The notes: generated from the letters alone by a model not told the origin. 63,972 nt of DNA, filler included, from Candidatus Hydrogenedentota bacterium (GCA_040752395.1; 4 parts of 4 records of this genome joined end to end with filler, not necessarily neighbours in it); one strand, 5' to 3'; counted from the first letter of the whole stretch, positions 40,871 through 51,555 are shown. A program made the numbers and translations.

Positions 40871-41326
40871 CTATCTTTTCAATCCGTGTCTTGTAATAAC
40901 ACAGACCACAGTTTCTGATCTTGTATTTTTTTCTACTGTCCAGCATACTACAGTTTCAATCTTAATAAAATCTGTTGGAATATCAGCTAATGCTGCATCT
41001 GAAAGACTACCATTAGCATTCTGTTTTTGATATCTAATGAATGTTTTTCTTGAATAAATGCTTCCGGGCAATTTACCTTCATCAAACGAAGCAGAAAGAT
41101 TATAAGCGAGCGAGTCCGCCTCAATCTTACTGAAACCATAAGACCTTAATTCTTCAAGTTTCTCAGCAGCAAGATGGCTTGAGCAAGCAACAGTCCCGAT
41201 ATGAAACGTATTCATCTCGAGCCTGTTTAACGCAAGAACAATCGGTAAAAGCCCTAAAGCTAAAATAGATAATGCTATGAGAAGCTCAATTAAAGAAAAG
41301 CCGTTACGCCTATGTTCTGGATTCAT
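40871..41326 (-). CDS. Prepilin N-methylation domain protein (PilV/GspI-like)
   Basis: GFSLIELLIALSILALG; LAAEKLEELR. Confidence 0.87.
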   Translation of the reverse strand: MNPEHRRNGFSLIELLIALSILALGLLPIVLALNRLEMNTFHIGTVACSSHLAAEKLEELRSYGFSKIEADSLAYNLSASFDEGKLPGSIYSRKTFIRYQKQNANGSLSDAALADIPTDFIKIETVVCWTVEKNTRSETVVCVITRHGLKR

Positions 41327-41384
41327 AGACCCCTTTGAAAAAAGTAAGAAGTAAGAAGTGAGAAGTATCAGGACAGGCTACAGA

Positions 41385-41484
41385 CTCCGGGCTTCGGGCT
41401 CCAGCCGGCTGTAGTTCGTAGCCTGTAGCCTGAACCCAACTTCCTTTAAAAAATTCAGAATTCGGAAATAATCTTTGAATCTTT
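41385..41484 (+). repeat. 100-bp direct repeat downstream of pilC
   Basis: Two mismatches versus 42759-42858. Confidence 0.93.
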
Positions 41485-41519
41485 GTGCCTCTGTGCCTTT
41501 GGGCTTCTTGCTTCTTGCC

Positions 41520-42731
41520 TCAATGTATCAGATCAGCAAGACTAAGTATCGGTAAAAATAAAGCGATTATAACAAAACCAAGTACAATACCCAGAAAGAC
41601 AATGAGTATAGGTTCAATAAGAGAAGAGAAGGCTTCTACAGCAACATCAACCTGCTCTTCATAAAAATCAGATGCTTTAATAAGCATCTCACCCAGATTC
41701 CCGGTAGATTCGCCAACAGCTACCATTTGAACTACAAGCGGCGGGAAGATACCGCTTTGTTTTAAAGGTTGAGCAAAGGTTTGACCTGAACGGATTGATT
41801 CCTGCACATTAGCAATAGTATCTTCTATGATAAGATTAGCTGCTGTTTTAGTAACAACGTTAAGAGCCTGAATTATAGGTACACCACTTATAGTTAAAGT
41901 GCCAAGTGTTCGGCTGAATCTTGATATAGAAACTTTTAAGATAAGTTCACCAAAAACAGGCATTTTTAGTTTATATTTGTCAATAACTCTACGGATATTT
42001 TCGTTCTTTAACCCTATCCTGTAGATCACATATAAAATTATAAACCCAAGAAATACAAAAAGGTAGTAAACTCTGATTAAATCAGAGATAAACATAAGAA
42101 TTCTGGTGGGTAGCGGGAGATGAGCTCCTGCATGAGCAAAAGTATCAGCAAATTTCGGGACGACAAATGTGAGGATACCCCATACAATGAGTATCGCTAT
42201 GGATGAGACTACAACAGGATAAGTCATAGCACCCTTGATTTTACGCCTTAATCGCTCTGTGTTCTCAAGATACGTAGCAAGTCTTTCAAGGATTACATCA
42301 AGGACTCCACCAGCTTCACCTGAACGTAACATATCCACATACATAGTCGAAAATATTTTAGGGTGTTTAGATAAAGCCTCAGATAAATCTGAACCACTCT
42401 CTATATCATGAATAAGTTTACCGATAATTTCTTTAAAATATTCACCTGACATTTGTTCCTGCAGGGTTCTTAATGAAGTAACAATTGGTAGTCCAGCATT
42501 AATAAGTGTTGCAAACATTCTGGTGAATAGCACAAGTTCTGAGCTTTTGACTTTTTTCTTTGTGAAGATATTAATATAACTCAATATAGATTCTTTGATT
42601 TCTTCAACATTTAAGACGGTTAATTCCTGGGCTCTTAATCTTGTTATAATTTCTCTGGGATTGGCGCCGAGAAGAACGCCCTGAACAAGCTCGCCTGATC
42701 GGTTTTTTGCTTTATAACTGAATTCTGGCAA
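41520..42731 (-). CDS. pilC: Type IV pilus platform protein
   Basis: FTRMFATLINAGLP, SGEAGGVL, AMTYP, VGESTGNL, LIEP; TTG start. Confidence 0.95.
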   Translation of the reverse strand: MPEFSYKAKNRSGELVQGVLLGANPREIITRLRAQELTVLNVEEIKESILSYINIFTKKKVKSSELVLFTRMFATLINAGLPIVTSLRTLQEQMSGEYFKEIIGKLIHDIESGSDLSEALSKHPKIFSTMYVDMLRSGEAGGVLDVILERLATYLENTERLRRKIKGAMTYPVVVSSIAILIVWGILTFVVPKFADTFAHAGAHLPLPTRILMFISDLIRVYYLFVFLGFIILYVIYRIGLKNENIRRVIDKYKLKMPVFGELILKVSISRFSRTLGTLTISGVPIIQALNVVTKTAANLIIEDTIANVQESIRSGQTFAQPLKQSGIFPPLVVQMVAVGESTGNLGEMLIKASDFYEEQVDVAVEAFSSLIEPILIVFLGIVLGFVIIALFLPILSLADLIH

Positions 42732-42758
42732 GATAATACTCCTCTTTCGGGCTTCAGG

Positions 42759-42858
42759 CTCCGGGCTTCGGGCTCCAGCCGGCTGTAGTTCGTAGCCTGT
42801 AGCCTGAAACCAACTTCCTTTAAAAAATTTAGAATTCGGAAATAATCTTTGAATCTTT
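42759..42858 (+). repeat. 100-bp direct repeat upstream of pilC
   Basis: Copy of 41385-41484. Confidence 0.93.
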
Positions 42859-42872
42859 CAATACGACTACCT

Positions 42873-44579
42873 TTATATAAGCGCATCTTCAGTTGCTACT
42901 CGCCATAACTCTTCAACCGATGTGACACCACTTAATACTTTACGAACACCTGCCTGCCTTAAAGTCCGCATACCGTCAGCCAATGCCTGGTCTTTTAGCT
43001 CAGATGATGATGCCCGCTGAATAATTAACCGTTTCAGTTGTTCCGTTACTCTGAGGATCTCAAATATACCTATTCTGCCCCTGTAACCAGTATTACTGCA
43101 ATCATCGCAACCTCTGCCGCGATAGAGTTTTATATTATGATTTATATCTTTAATTTTTAATGCCTTGATAAATTCAGGTGAAGGTGTATATGCTTCTTTA
43201 CAGGATTCACATATTTTACGAACAAGTCTTTGAGCAACAACCATAATCAGTGATGAAGTAATAAGAAACGGCTCGACACCCATATTATCAAGCCGCACAA
43301 TAGCACCTGGTGCGTCGTTTGTATGGAGCGTAGAGAAAACAAGGTGTCCGGTAAGTGCGGCATTAATAGCTATTTCAGCGGTTTCCTGGTCACGGATCTC
43401 GCCTATCATCAGGATATCCGGGTCCTGTCTTAATATAGAACGAAGAGCTGAGGCAAAAGTTAAACCGATCTGGGGTCTTGCTGGCATCTGATTTATGCCG
43501 TGTAAAATATATTCTATCGGATCTTCAACTGTTACAATATTATCTTCCTGAGTATTTATCATATTGAGAGCTGAATATAATGTTGTGGTTTTACCGCTAC
43601 CCGTTGGTCCTGTAACAAGTATGATACCATGTGGTTCTTTTATATAATTTTTGAAAACTCTAAGTTCATCTTCATCCATCCCGAGTTTATCAAGCTCAAC
43701 CATCATTCCGCTTTTATCAAGTATTCGCATAACCACTTTTTCACCGAATGAGGTTGGTAGCGTAGAAATTCTGAAATCTACCTCTTTATCAGCAAGTCTG
43801 ACCTTGAATCTACCGTCCTGTGGTAGACGTCTCTCTGCGATGTCAAGTTCTGCCATAATTTTAATACGGGAGATAATAGCGTTCTGGAACCGTTTTGGCG
43901 GCGGGGTGACTTCGTATAAGACACCATCTATTCTATATCTGACTCTAAAAGTATTTTCATAGGGTTCAAGATGTATATCAGTAGCTTTGGCTCGCAATGC
44001 CTCCATTATAATAAGGTTCACCATTTTGATTATAGGCGTTTCTTCGGATTGCTCTTTAAGTTCTGCAACCGAGGTTTGTGATTGCGAGAGATCAACGAGT
44101 TCAACACCATCCTCATCAATGTTTTCAAGTATCTCTTCCATAGTTCCGGCAATATCATAAAGCTGAGTTATCGCATTTTTTATGGCAGATGCAAAAGAAA
44201 CCATTACTTCAATCTTAGGATAACCCGTAATCATTTTGATATCATCAATGAGATAGATATTAGTAGGGTCAGCCATAATAATCTTCAAAGTATTGCCTTC
44301 TTTTTGAAAAGGGATAACAATTTGTTCTTTGACAATCTGCTCGGGTATAATTTTTTTCAATTTAGGTTCAATGGTATCGATTTTCGATGCATCTATATAT
44401 TTAAGGTTTAACTGTTCGGCAAGTGTGCGTGCTATATCTTCTTCATTTATTATCCCCATTCCCTTAAGGATGTCACCTAATCTGCCGCCCTTTTTCTTTT
44501 GTATCTCCAGTGCATCGTCAAGGTCTTTTTTAGTTATTTTTTTGTTTTCAATAAGAATTTCACCGATGAGTTTTCTCAC
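42873..44579 (-). CDS. pilB: Type IV pilus assembly ATPase with MshEN-like N-terminus
   Basis: IGEIL..RLGDIL, ERRLPQDG, GPTGSGKT, RQDPD, STLHTND, tetracysteine motif. Confidence 0.95.
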   Translation of the reverse strand: MRKLIGEILIENKKITKKDLDDALEIQKKKGGRLGDILKGMGIINEEDIARTLAEQLNLKYIDASKIDTIEPKLKKIIPEQIVKEQIVIPFQKEGNTLKIIMADPTNIYLIDDIKMITGYPKIEVMVSFASAIKNAITQLYDIAGTMEEILENIDEDGVELVDLSQSQTSVAELKEQSEETPIIKMVNLIIMEALRAKATDIHLEPYENTFRVRYRIDGVLYEVTPPPKRFQNAIISRIKIMAELDIAERRLPQDGRFKVRLADKEVDFRISTLPTSFGEKVVMRILDKSGMMVELDKLGMDEDELRVFKNYIKEPHGIILVTGPTGSGKTTTLYSALNMINTQEDNIVTVEDPIEYILHGINQMPARPQIGLTFASALRSILRQDPDILMIGEIRDQETAEIAINAALTGHLVFSTLHTNDAPGAIVRLDNMGVEPFLITSSLIMVVAQRLVRKICESCKEAYTPSPEFIKALKIKDINHNIKLYRGRGCDDCSNTGYRGRIGIFEILRVTEQLKRLIIQRASSSELKDQALADGMRTLRQAGVRKVLSGVTSVEELWRVATEDALI

Positions 44580-44660
44580 TCGTTTATCTCCAGCTAAATC
44601 CTTAATCTTGCACCCCTACCAATTGTCCGTTAAACAAATTTCTATACTTCCTCTCTATAA

Positions 44661-44708
44661 CTGAGAATGTGTGAAGATGCTCACTACAATTTTTTCACAC
44701 GTTCTGAG
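44661..44708. mobile_element. Miniature IS-end relic (MITE-like)
   Basis: TIR GAATGTGTGAA / TTCACACGTTC flanked by TGA on both sides; the same end occurs at 61-79. Confidence 0.5.
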
Positions 44709-44746
44709 GGGTTACAACTAAAACGTTTTAGCTAATTATATTATAC

Positions 44747-46102
44747 TTAAAAATTTATTCTTTTCAAGAGTAATTTTAAATTTTTTTCATCACAGGATTC
44801 TGCAATGATTCGAATAATAGGCTCTGTATTGGACGGTCTGATATGAAGCCAGTATGACGAGGTATAAATTTTAATACCATCACGGGTATCTAACCTCTCG
44901 CCAGGGATAAGTTTAATGGTCTTTTTAATTCTGTTAAACTGGTTTTTTTCTTTAAGTTTTATTTTCTTTTTTAAGGTTCTGTATTTTTTCACAGATTTGA
45001 ATATCTGGGATAATGGCTTATCTTCTTTTGCCATAAGTTCAAGAATTAAAGCCATAGAAATAAAAGAATCTCTACCATAATGCATAGCAGGATGTATAAC
45101 ACCACCATTACCCTCGCCACCTATACAGGCTCTTTTGTTCTTCATCATAGAGACAACAAAGACCTCACCTACTTTTGAATAATAAATTTTACCTTTGTAT
45201 TTTAAGACCTCGTCTCTTACAATGTAAGAGGTTGAGAGATTGGTTACAACGGCTCTATTCTCATTTTCTTTACTTAGAACGTTTCTTACACATAAAGCAA
45301 GTGTCATATCTTCTTGAGGCACCTCACCCTTCTCAGATATCAAAACCAATCTATCAGCATCAGTATCCTGTGCAAAACCGACATCATATTCTCCCTGCCG
45401 AATTATATTAGATGTAATTTTTAAATTTTCAGCTGAAGGCTCAAGAGGATGAAGGAATTCACCGTCCATATATAATCCAGAACCACTAACATCACAGCCC
45501 AATTCTTTTAATAATTTTATACCTATACAGGCGCCAGCACCACCATTAGCATCAAGAAAAACTCTGAACCTCTTTTTTTTAATATTTTTTAAATTGACTA
45601 TCTTCTTTATTTTAGAGATATATTTATCAACCCACGTGTTATCTACCCTGAAGTCACCCCTGCTTTTATTATTAGCCCATTTTAAAGTATCCTTGTTTTT
45701 TAAATAATTACTTAGTTTTGCTATTAACTTTTCATCAAAAAAAGTACCATCATCTTTAATAAACTTTAGACCGTTCCACTCTGGAGGATTATGGCTCGCA
45801 CTTATTACTATGCCACTGGCTGACTTGTAATATTCTACTGCGAACTGAACACAAGGTGTCGGTGCCATACCGATGTCTATTACATCAAACCCGCATAATG
45901 AAATAACAGATGAAATAATTTTTGAAAAATTTAAGCTTGTGTTTCTGGTATCCCTGCCTATGACAATAGTTTTATTTTCTGTTATCCGGACTGTTTTTAA
46001 AAAAGCCCTGACAAGATCATTCACGATATCAGGCGTAAAACTTTCGCCAACTATGCCACGAGCTCCCGAAGGTCCGAGAATAAGACTCATATTACTTCTC
46101 AC
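44747..46102 (-). CDS. Phosphohexomutase (phosphoglucosamine mutase/phosphomannomutase family)
   Basis: SASHNP, DTDADR, GGEGNGG, RPSNTEP. Confidence 0.9.
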   Translation of the reverse strand: MRSNMSLILGPSGARGIVGESFTPDIVNDLVRAFLKTVRITENKTIVIGRDTRNTSLNFSKIISSVISLCGFDVIDIGMAPTPCVQFAVEYYKSASGIVISASHNPPEWNGLKFIKDDGTFFDEKLIAKLSNYLKNKDTLKWANNKSRGDFRVDNTWVDKYISKIKKIVNLKNIKKKRFRVFLDANGGAGACIGIKLLKELGCDVSGSGLYMDGEFLHPLEPSAENLKITSNIIRQGEYDVGFAQDTDADRLVLISEKGEVPQEDMTLALCVRNVLSKENENRAVVTNLSTSYIVRDEVLKYKGKIYYSKVGEVFVVSMMKNKRACIGGEGNGGVIHPAMHYGRDSFISMALILELMAKEDKPLSQIFKSVKKYRTLKKKIKLKEKNQFNRIKKTIKLIPGERLDTRDGIKIYTSSYWLHIRPSNTEPIIRIIAESCDEKNLKLLLKRINF

Positions 46103-46116
46103 TTCTTACTTCTATT

Positions 46117-46452
46117 TTATATTTCTGGTTGCTGAGGGGGTGCTTCTTTAATGAATTGATGTACAGGCTTCCACGAACTACCCTCTTTTTTCCAATTAGC
46201 TAATCTCCAGTTAATTGATTTTAGATTAGGAACCTTTCGTAACTCTTTATCAAGCATTTTCATATGTAGCGGTTTAGAGAACTTATCCTGCTCTCTGTGA
46301 CTCCTTGGAAGTAATACACCAATAATCACAACATCACCCTGAGTTGACGAAATCGTTAAGAGATTGGTATTGATCCCCCTTTTTGTGAGCATCTGCTCTA
46401 TACGAATGTTTATTACTCTATCTTCAACACTCATTTTTTCCCGCCTTTTCAA
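46117..46452 (-). CDS. Hypothetical protein
   Basis: 111-aa ORF co-oriented with the operon; ATG start is probably at MSVED. Confidence 0.6.
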   Translation of the reverse strand: MKRREKMSVEDRVINIRIEQMLTKRGINTNLLTISSTQGDVVIIGVLLPRSHREQDKFSKPLHMKMLDKELRKVPNLKSINWRLANWKKEGSSWKPVHQFIKEAPPQQPEI

Positions 46453-46543
46453 CCTGTTATGAGCCCTTTTTACAACTCATAATGTATAAATTTAAAACAA
46501 TTGTCAAATACTTTTGCTTTCTGGTTCTTTCGCTATCTTGCTT

Positions 46544-47272
46544 CTAATATATCAACGTTGGACTAAAGTAGTTGTTAGTAAATAGGTATTTAGGATTTGA
46601 GACCTCAGTGTATATATCCTTCACATTGTTAAATATTGTGGCGTTATCGTCAAAATATTCTGCGTATCCTTTTCGTAAATCTCTTAAAGCTGTTAATAAT
46701 TCGATGCCCTCGATAGAGGGGATAAAAATATTATGAGTCAACCATTTAATAGTATTATCAATCTTCTCTACAATTTCTTTATACTTACTATTTTTATCTT
46801 TTAATAATTCTATTCTATTTTTAATTTCAGTATCAAAAGTTTTACCAATGAGGTCTGACTCATCTGTGAGCACGTTCATCATTGCTCTGATTCTGAAGAA
46901 ATTTACCATTGCTATAAATTTTCCAAGATTAGATAAGCTCTTTGTCTCAGTGATAAATAAGATATTTCTGAAATAGACAAAGAACGGGGCGGCATCATTG
47001 AATATTTCTGATAAAAGAAATATGCTGTCTTTTTCAGAAATAATATCAAGTAATTTTCTCTTGCTGGATAAAATATCGAGTCCTATAGTCTTATCTTCAC
47101 TTTTATTAATAAATTCATTATTTTTCCATGTGTAAATATCATAACCTTCCTCAATAACCACTTTCTGTCCGGGATGTATTATAGGTAATATAACAGGCTG
47201 TTCAGGGAGAGTTGACTCTTTTTTTTCTTTAATTTTTTGTAGTTTCTGTAATGCTCTTTGTATCTGGCTCAT
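46544..47272 (-). CDS. Hypothetical protein
   Basis: 242 aa; MSQIQRALQK N-terminus. Confidence 0.65.
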   Translation of the reverse strand: MSQIQRALQKLQKIKEKKESTLPEQPVILPIIHPGQKVVIEEGYDIYTWKNNEFINKSEDKTIGLDILSSKRKLLDIISEKDSIFLLSEIFNDAAPFFVYFRNILFITETKSLSNLGKFIAMVNFFRIRAMMNVLTDESDLIGKTFDTEIKNRIELLKDKNSKYKEIVEKIDNTIKWLTHNIFIPSIEGIELLTALRDLRKGYAEYFDDNATIFNNVKDIYTEVSNPKYLFTNNYFSPTLIY

Positions 47273-47376
47273 AATGGTGTTTCTTTAAGTAACTGGTCAG
47301 TTATAGATGATATTATAGAAGCAAGAAGCAAGATAACGGATAAAGAAAGATAACGAATGTCTTCTGTCTTCTATAC

Positions 47377-48846
47377 TTATTCACTACTTATAACTGAGTG
47401 GTTACTAAAATTGTTGGATATCGTTTTACTTTCTTTTAACTGTGTTCTTTCCCCCCACCATCTCTGTATGTCCCCCATTGTTACAAAGATAATCAATGAT
47501 ATTAGAAGTATAAAAAATACATTTTGTAATGCAGCCTGTATTTTGGGGTTTACGGGTATTCGGAATATCGATTCAAATAATAGAAACATAATCCAGCCGC
47601 CATCGAGGACAGGGATAGGTATTAAATTTATAAACCATAATGAGATGGTAAGTAAGGCAACCATTCTAAGTAATTCTTCTATACTCACGGCAGCACGTTC
47701 ACCTGTAAGATGAATTATTCCGAGCGGTCCTGCGAGCTGGTCTAATGATATTTTTCGTGTTATAAGAAGTTTTAATGCCCAGATAGTGCGGTCAACAATA
47801 AATACAATCTCATCATACGAAATCTTCAATGATTTGATAAGACTGAACCTTAATTTTCTGTTTTCTGGATATATACCTATTTGTGAGATAAAGATGTCTT
47901 TTTTACCCTGCTCGATATATACTCTTCCGTTAAAAATAAAAGTATCACCTGTGTATTCTTTAATCGCTTCTGTTGATATTTTTCTTTTCACTGGTTTAAT
48001 CTCTACTTCAAAAATTTCTTGCTTGCGTTTTATTTTTAGTTTTACTTTATCAGTGCGGCTAAAAAATATTTCTCGCTTTACATCAGTAAATTGAGTGCAG
48101 GTGTAATCATTAACGCTTAAAACCCAATCACCTTTTAGTAGTCCTGCATTATAAGCAGGATAATTTTTTATGACTTTACCGATTACGGGCTCTTCAAATG
48201 AGGTAAAACCAACATAGAACTGCTCTGATTTTGGATCTTTTTCAGGTTTTACTTTAAACTCTTTTATTAATCCATCACGCTTAATTTTAAAATTTAGTTC
48301 TTTTCCCTGTGAGTTTCGAATGATTCGCTGGATATCAAAAAAAGTAGTAGTTTTTTCATTATCTATCTCTAATACCTCATCACCCTCTTTTAACCCGGCA
48401 ATCTTAGCTGGTACATCTTTTATTTCACCTGCTGATGTTACGTATTCTAAAATAGTCCCGATTTTAGGAAGAAAACCCTCTGTTGCAGTACCTATAACCC
48501 AGTAAATAAACACAAATAACAAAAAACCGAAAATAAGATTGACCAACGGCCCTGCTATAACAATAATAATTCGCTGATATACAGGTTTGGATGCGAACTC
48601 ATCAGGTGCACCTGTTTTCTGCTCGTTCGGGTCTTCGCCTTTCATTTTCACATAGCCACCAAATGGTACGGCGGATATTTTATACTCAGTATCATTGTAT
48701 TTCAATCCAATTAATTTAGGGCCGAACCCGAGTGAAAAGACTTCTACTTTTACTTTAAAAAGTTTTGCAAAAATAAAATGACCGAACTCATGAATGAAGA
48801 TTAATATACCAAGAAAAAATACAGCGATAAGATAATTGAAAATCAT
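47377..48846 (-). CDS. rseP: RIP metalloprotease RseP
   Basis: HEFGH, SLGFGP, GGYVKM, AGPLVN, two PDZ domains, NLIPIPVLDGG. Confidence 0.95.
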   Translation of the reverse strand: MIFNYLIAVFFLGILIFIHEFGHFIFAKLFKVKVEVFSLGFGPKLIGLKYNDTEYKISAVPFGGYVKMKGEDPNEQKTGAPDEFASKPVYQRIIIVIAGPLVNLIFGFLLFVFIYWVIGTATEGFLPKIGTILEYVTSAGEIKDVPAKIAGLKEGDEVLEIDNEKTTTFFDIQRIIRNSQGKELNFKIKRDGLIKEFKVKPEKDPKSEQFYVGFTSFEEPVIGKVIKNYPAYNAGLLKGDWVLSVNDYTCTQFTDVKREIFFSRTDKVKLKIKRKQEIFEVEIKPVKRKISTEAIKEYTGDTFIFNGRVYIEQGKKDIFISQIGIYPENRKLRFSLIKSLKISYDEIVFIVDRTIWALKLLITRKISLDQLAGPLGIIHLTGERAAVSIEELLRMVALLTISLWFINLIPIPVLDGGWIMFLLFESIFRIPVNPKIQAALQNVFFILLISLIIFVTMGDIQRWWGERTQLKESKTISNNFSNHSVISSE

Positions 48847-48924
48847 AATGTTGTAAAAAGTATTATGTAACGCCTAAGTCTTCGGTGTAGTTTCTTTAAC
48901 TTGCTTCTTGCCTCTATTTTCTGA

Positions 48925-49024
48925 NNNNNNNNNNNNNNNNNNNNNNNNNNNNNNNNNNNNNNNNNNNNTTAATTAATTAANNNNNNNNNNNNNNNNNNNN
49001 NNNNNNNNNNNNNNNNNNNNNNNN
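48925..49024. other. Scaffold gap with artificial linker
   Basis: N run containing TTAATTAATTAA. Confidence 0.98.
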
Positions 49025-49190
49025 TTGAGTCTTGAGTCCTGTTTTGACTCACGACTTGCGACTTGTGACTCACGACTCTTTTTATATCATCTTTAGTTTT
49101 TCATCCTTTGTGTAGAGCGCAAAAACCCAAAAACGCAATAACCCAATAGTGTAGAGCGCAAACCGCGCTCATGTTGACTCCTTCGAAAAA
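49025..49190 (-). repeat. Composite intergenic repeat
   Basis: Inverted copy of 26869-26966 fused to a relative of 13400-13507. Confidence 0.9.
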
Positions 49191-49264
49191 GTTCTGTCTC
49201 TTTAATATCATTTTTATAATATAAAGGCAAGAAAAATTATTTAAAAAATCTGTATTCCCGAATA

Positions 49265-50047
49265 CTAAAATTTTGTGCCTGCACTTATACGAAAACTCTT
49301 CTGGTCTATGATATTCCCTTCAAGATTTAATATAAGATTAGTCATTCTAAAATCAGCGCCTAATTTTAACGACATATATTCTGTATTTTTACCCGGCGTT
49401 TTGAGGATTCGAATGTTAGAGGTATATAAATCTCCATCTAAGTCATCACGCGTATAACCCACACCTATATAAGGTTTAAGATAGTATAGCTCACGGGGGC
49501 TTGCATATAAAGGTTTGTTAAAATAAATCTTTTGTTCAAGAAATAACCAGGCACCGTATTGAACATTCTTTAAAGCCCCATACTCTACATTTACATTCCA
49601 TCCTGATACTTGAATTTTTCCTCTCAAATTAAGCCCTGTTTTAAATTCGAATAAATCAGCTTCAAGTCCTACTCCCCATAAAAATGAATTTTTGGCTTTA
49701 AAATTTAATGTTCCAACAGTATCACCAAAATTATGATACTCACCTTTCAAATCAGTTATCCCTGTTTCTAAAAAGCCAGCTATGGTTTTAGTAAAATTTA
49801 TTTTTGTTTGTAATGCGAAATTGTTCATATTAATAGTTTGTTTATCTTTATAAAAAGGCAATAAGGTAGCTGTGTCAGTTGTTCTATAATCGAGTTCTAT
49901 ATCTCTTGAGATTCTCTCATAAAGTATAGCAAAAGAAATAAACCTGTTTTCATAGATATTATAATAATCTCTTGCATTTAACCTGGTAGAGAATAATAAA
50001 AATAATGATATAAAAACAAAAAACAGACCCAGCAATCTTTTCATCAA
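49265..50047 (-). CDS. Outer membrane beta-barrel protein
   Basis: Signal peptide, alternating strands, KPYIGVGY, terminal FRISAGTKF. Confidence 0.7.
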   Translation of the reverse strand: MMKRLLGLFFVFISLFLLFSTRLNARDYYNIYENRFISFAILYERISRDIELDYRTTDTATLLPFYKDKQTINMNNFALQTKINFTKTIAGFLETGITDLKGEYHNFGDTVGTLNFKAKNSFLWGVGLEADLFEFKTGLNLRGKIQVSGWNVNVEYGALKNVQYGAWLFLEQKIYFNKPLYASPRELYYLKPYIGVGYTRDDLDGDLYTSNIRILKTPGKNTEYMSLKLGADFRMTNLILNLEGNIIDQKSFRISAGTKF

Positions 50048-51555
50048 TATTCAGACAATGCCTCAATATTATTTCTTGCAATCTCATTAGATGGGTCTAT
50101 CTCCAGTACCACTTGCCACTCTTTTATAGCATTCTGTATATCATAAAGTTTAAGATATGTGAAACCAAGATAAAGATGTACATCAGAGTTTCTTGGCTGT
50201 AAATTGATAGCTGATATATAACTTTCTTTAGCTTTTGAGTATTCTTTAATAGTATAATAACAGGTACCAAGATTATAGAAAGCCCTGAAACTTGACGGAT
50301 AAAACGATGCAGCCTCACTAAAATATTCGATAGCTTTAGTAACTTCACCTCTTAAAAAAGCGAGTTCACCTTCTTGTAAATATTCTTCGAGGTCACGGAT
50401 AACTTTAACTGGTTTAATGGGTTTGACTGATGGTCTCGGAATGGTTTCAGGTGGCGTTAATTTAACAGGGTATTCCTTGTCTCGAACCGGTGGTTTTGGA
50501 ATCTTTTCTTCTTTTTTAACGCCGACCTCTTTTTCAGCCGATTTCTTTAATTGTTCAAGCAACGCCTCTCTTGAGCGTGTGACGACTTTTCTTTCTCTTG
50601 GTTTGCCGAAACTTACAGAAGCACCGATTCGATGAGTTGATTCAAGGTCATCTTTAGGTATGAATGCATAATCAAGCGTAAAGTCGCTATATCTTATACC
50701 AAAACCCACAGAAAACGCTTTTGTTGCATCTCTATTGGAATCATAACCGCACCGTATAGAAAGTGGCTGTAATCCCCAGAACTCACCACCAATATTCAAT
50801 CCTATCTCATCATCATTAATAATCTTTTTAACATCAATAAATAAATTAAGCCGCTCTTCAAAAAGATGGATAGCACATCCTGCCTGTATGGTAATAGGCA
50901 GGTCCTCGTCCTCGACGTCATATTTTAATGAAGAACCGACGTTTCGTATACTCATTCCGAGATCAAACCCTTCAACAGGTGTGTTCCAGATAACCCCAAA
51001 ATCTAATGCAGCGCCACCTGAAGACTGGGTTTCAAGTTTTTCACGAAGGAATTTTAAGCTACCACCAAAAATCCAGTAAGGTAGCGGTCTCACACCATAA
51101 GATAAAGTAAATAAAAAATCATTGCCGCTAAATGTTCCGATGCCACCATAAGGGTTTGCTAATGTTGTTCTTTGAATATCACCATAATCAATCCACGTTA
51201 TGCCGGTTCCAAATATACCCTGGCCAAGTGGAACACTGTATGATAGGAAGTCCTGATAAATATCTTCAAAAAGGGCATGATGCATAAAATATACATTATG
51301 TCTTGTGTTACGTTCAAGACCTGCGGGATTCAAAAATAATGCGGTTGCTATATCACCTGCTTCAGCTACACCACTACTACCAAGTGCTGCTGTTCTTGCG
51401 CTCGGGTTTATGTTCAGGAATAAAGCTGAGTTTCGACCCGCATCGTTTGTAGCATAAGAAAGAGAAGCAAGAAGCAAGAAATAAGAGACAAGAAAGCTTT
51501 GAATCTTTAAATCTTTAAATCTTTGAATCTTTGAATCTTTCAATCTTTCAATCAT
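50044..51555 (-). CDS. PorV/PorQ-like outer membrane barrel with Pro-rich linker and C-terminal TPRs
   Basis: FLNINPSARTAALG, LFLNPAGL, ALDFG, IRNVG, LDYAF..THRIG; TPR motifs AFYNLGTCY and VHLYLGFTY. Confidence 0.8.
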   Translation of the reverse strand: MIERLKDSKIQRFKDLKIQSFLVSYFLLLASLSYATNDAGRNSALFLNINPSARTAALGSSGVAEAGDIATALFLNPAGLERNTRHNVYFMHHALFEDIYQDFLSYSVPLGQGIFGTGITWIDYGDIQRTTLANPYGGIGTFSGNDFLFTLSYGVRPLPYWIFGGSLKFLREKLETQSSGGAALDFGVIWNTPVEGFDLGMSIRNVGSSLKYDVEDEDLPITIQAGCAIHLFEERLNLFIDVKKIINDDEIGLNIGGEFWGLQPLSIRCGYDSNRDATKAFSVGFGIRYSDFTLDYAFIPKDDLESTHRIGASVSFGKPRERKVVTRSREALLEQLKKSAEKEVGVKKEEKIPKPPVRDKEYPVKLTPPETIPRPSVKPIKPVKVIRDLEEYLQEGELAFLRGEVTKAIEYFSEAASFYPSSFRAFYNLGTCYYTIKEYSKAKESYISAINLQPRNSDVHLYLGFTYLKLYDIQNAIKEWQVVLEIDPSNEIARNNIEALSEY

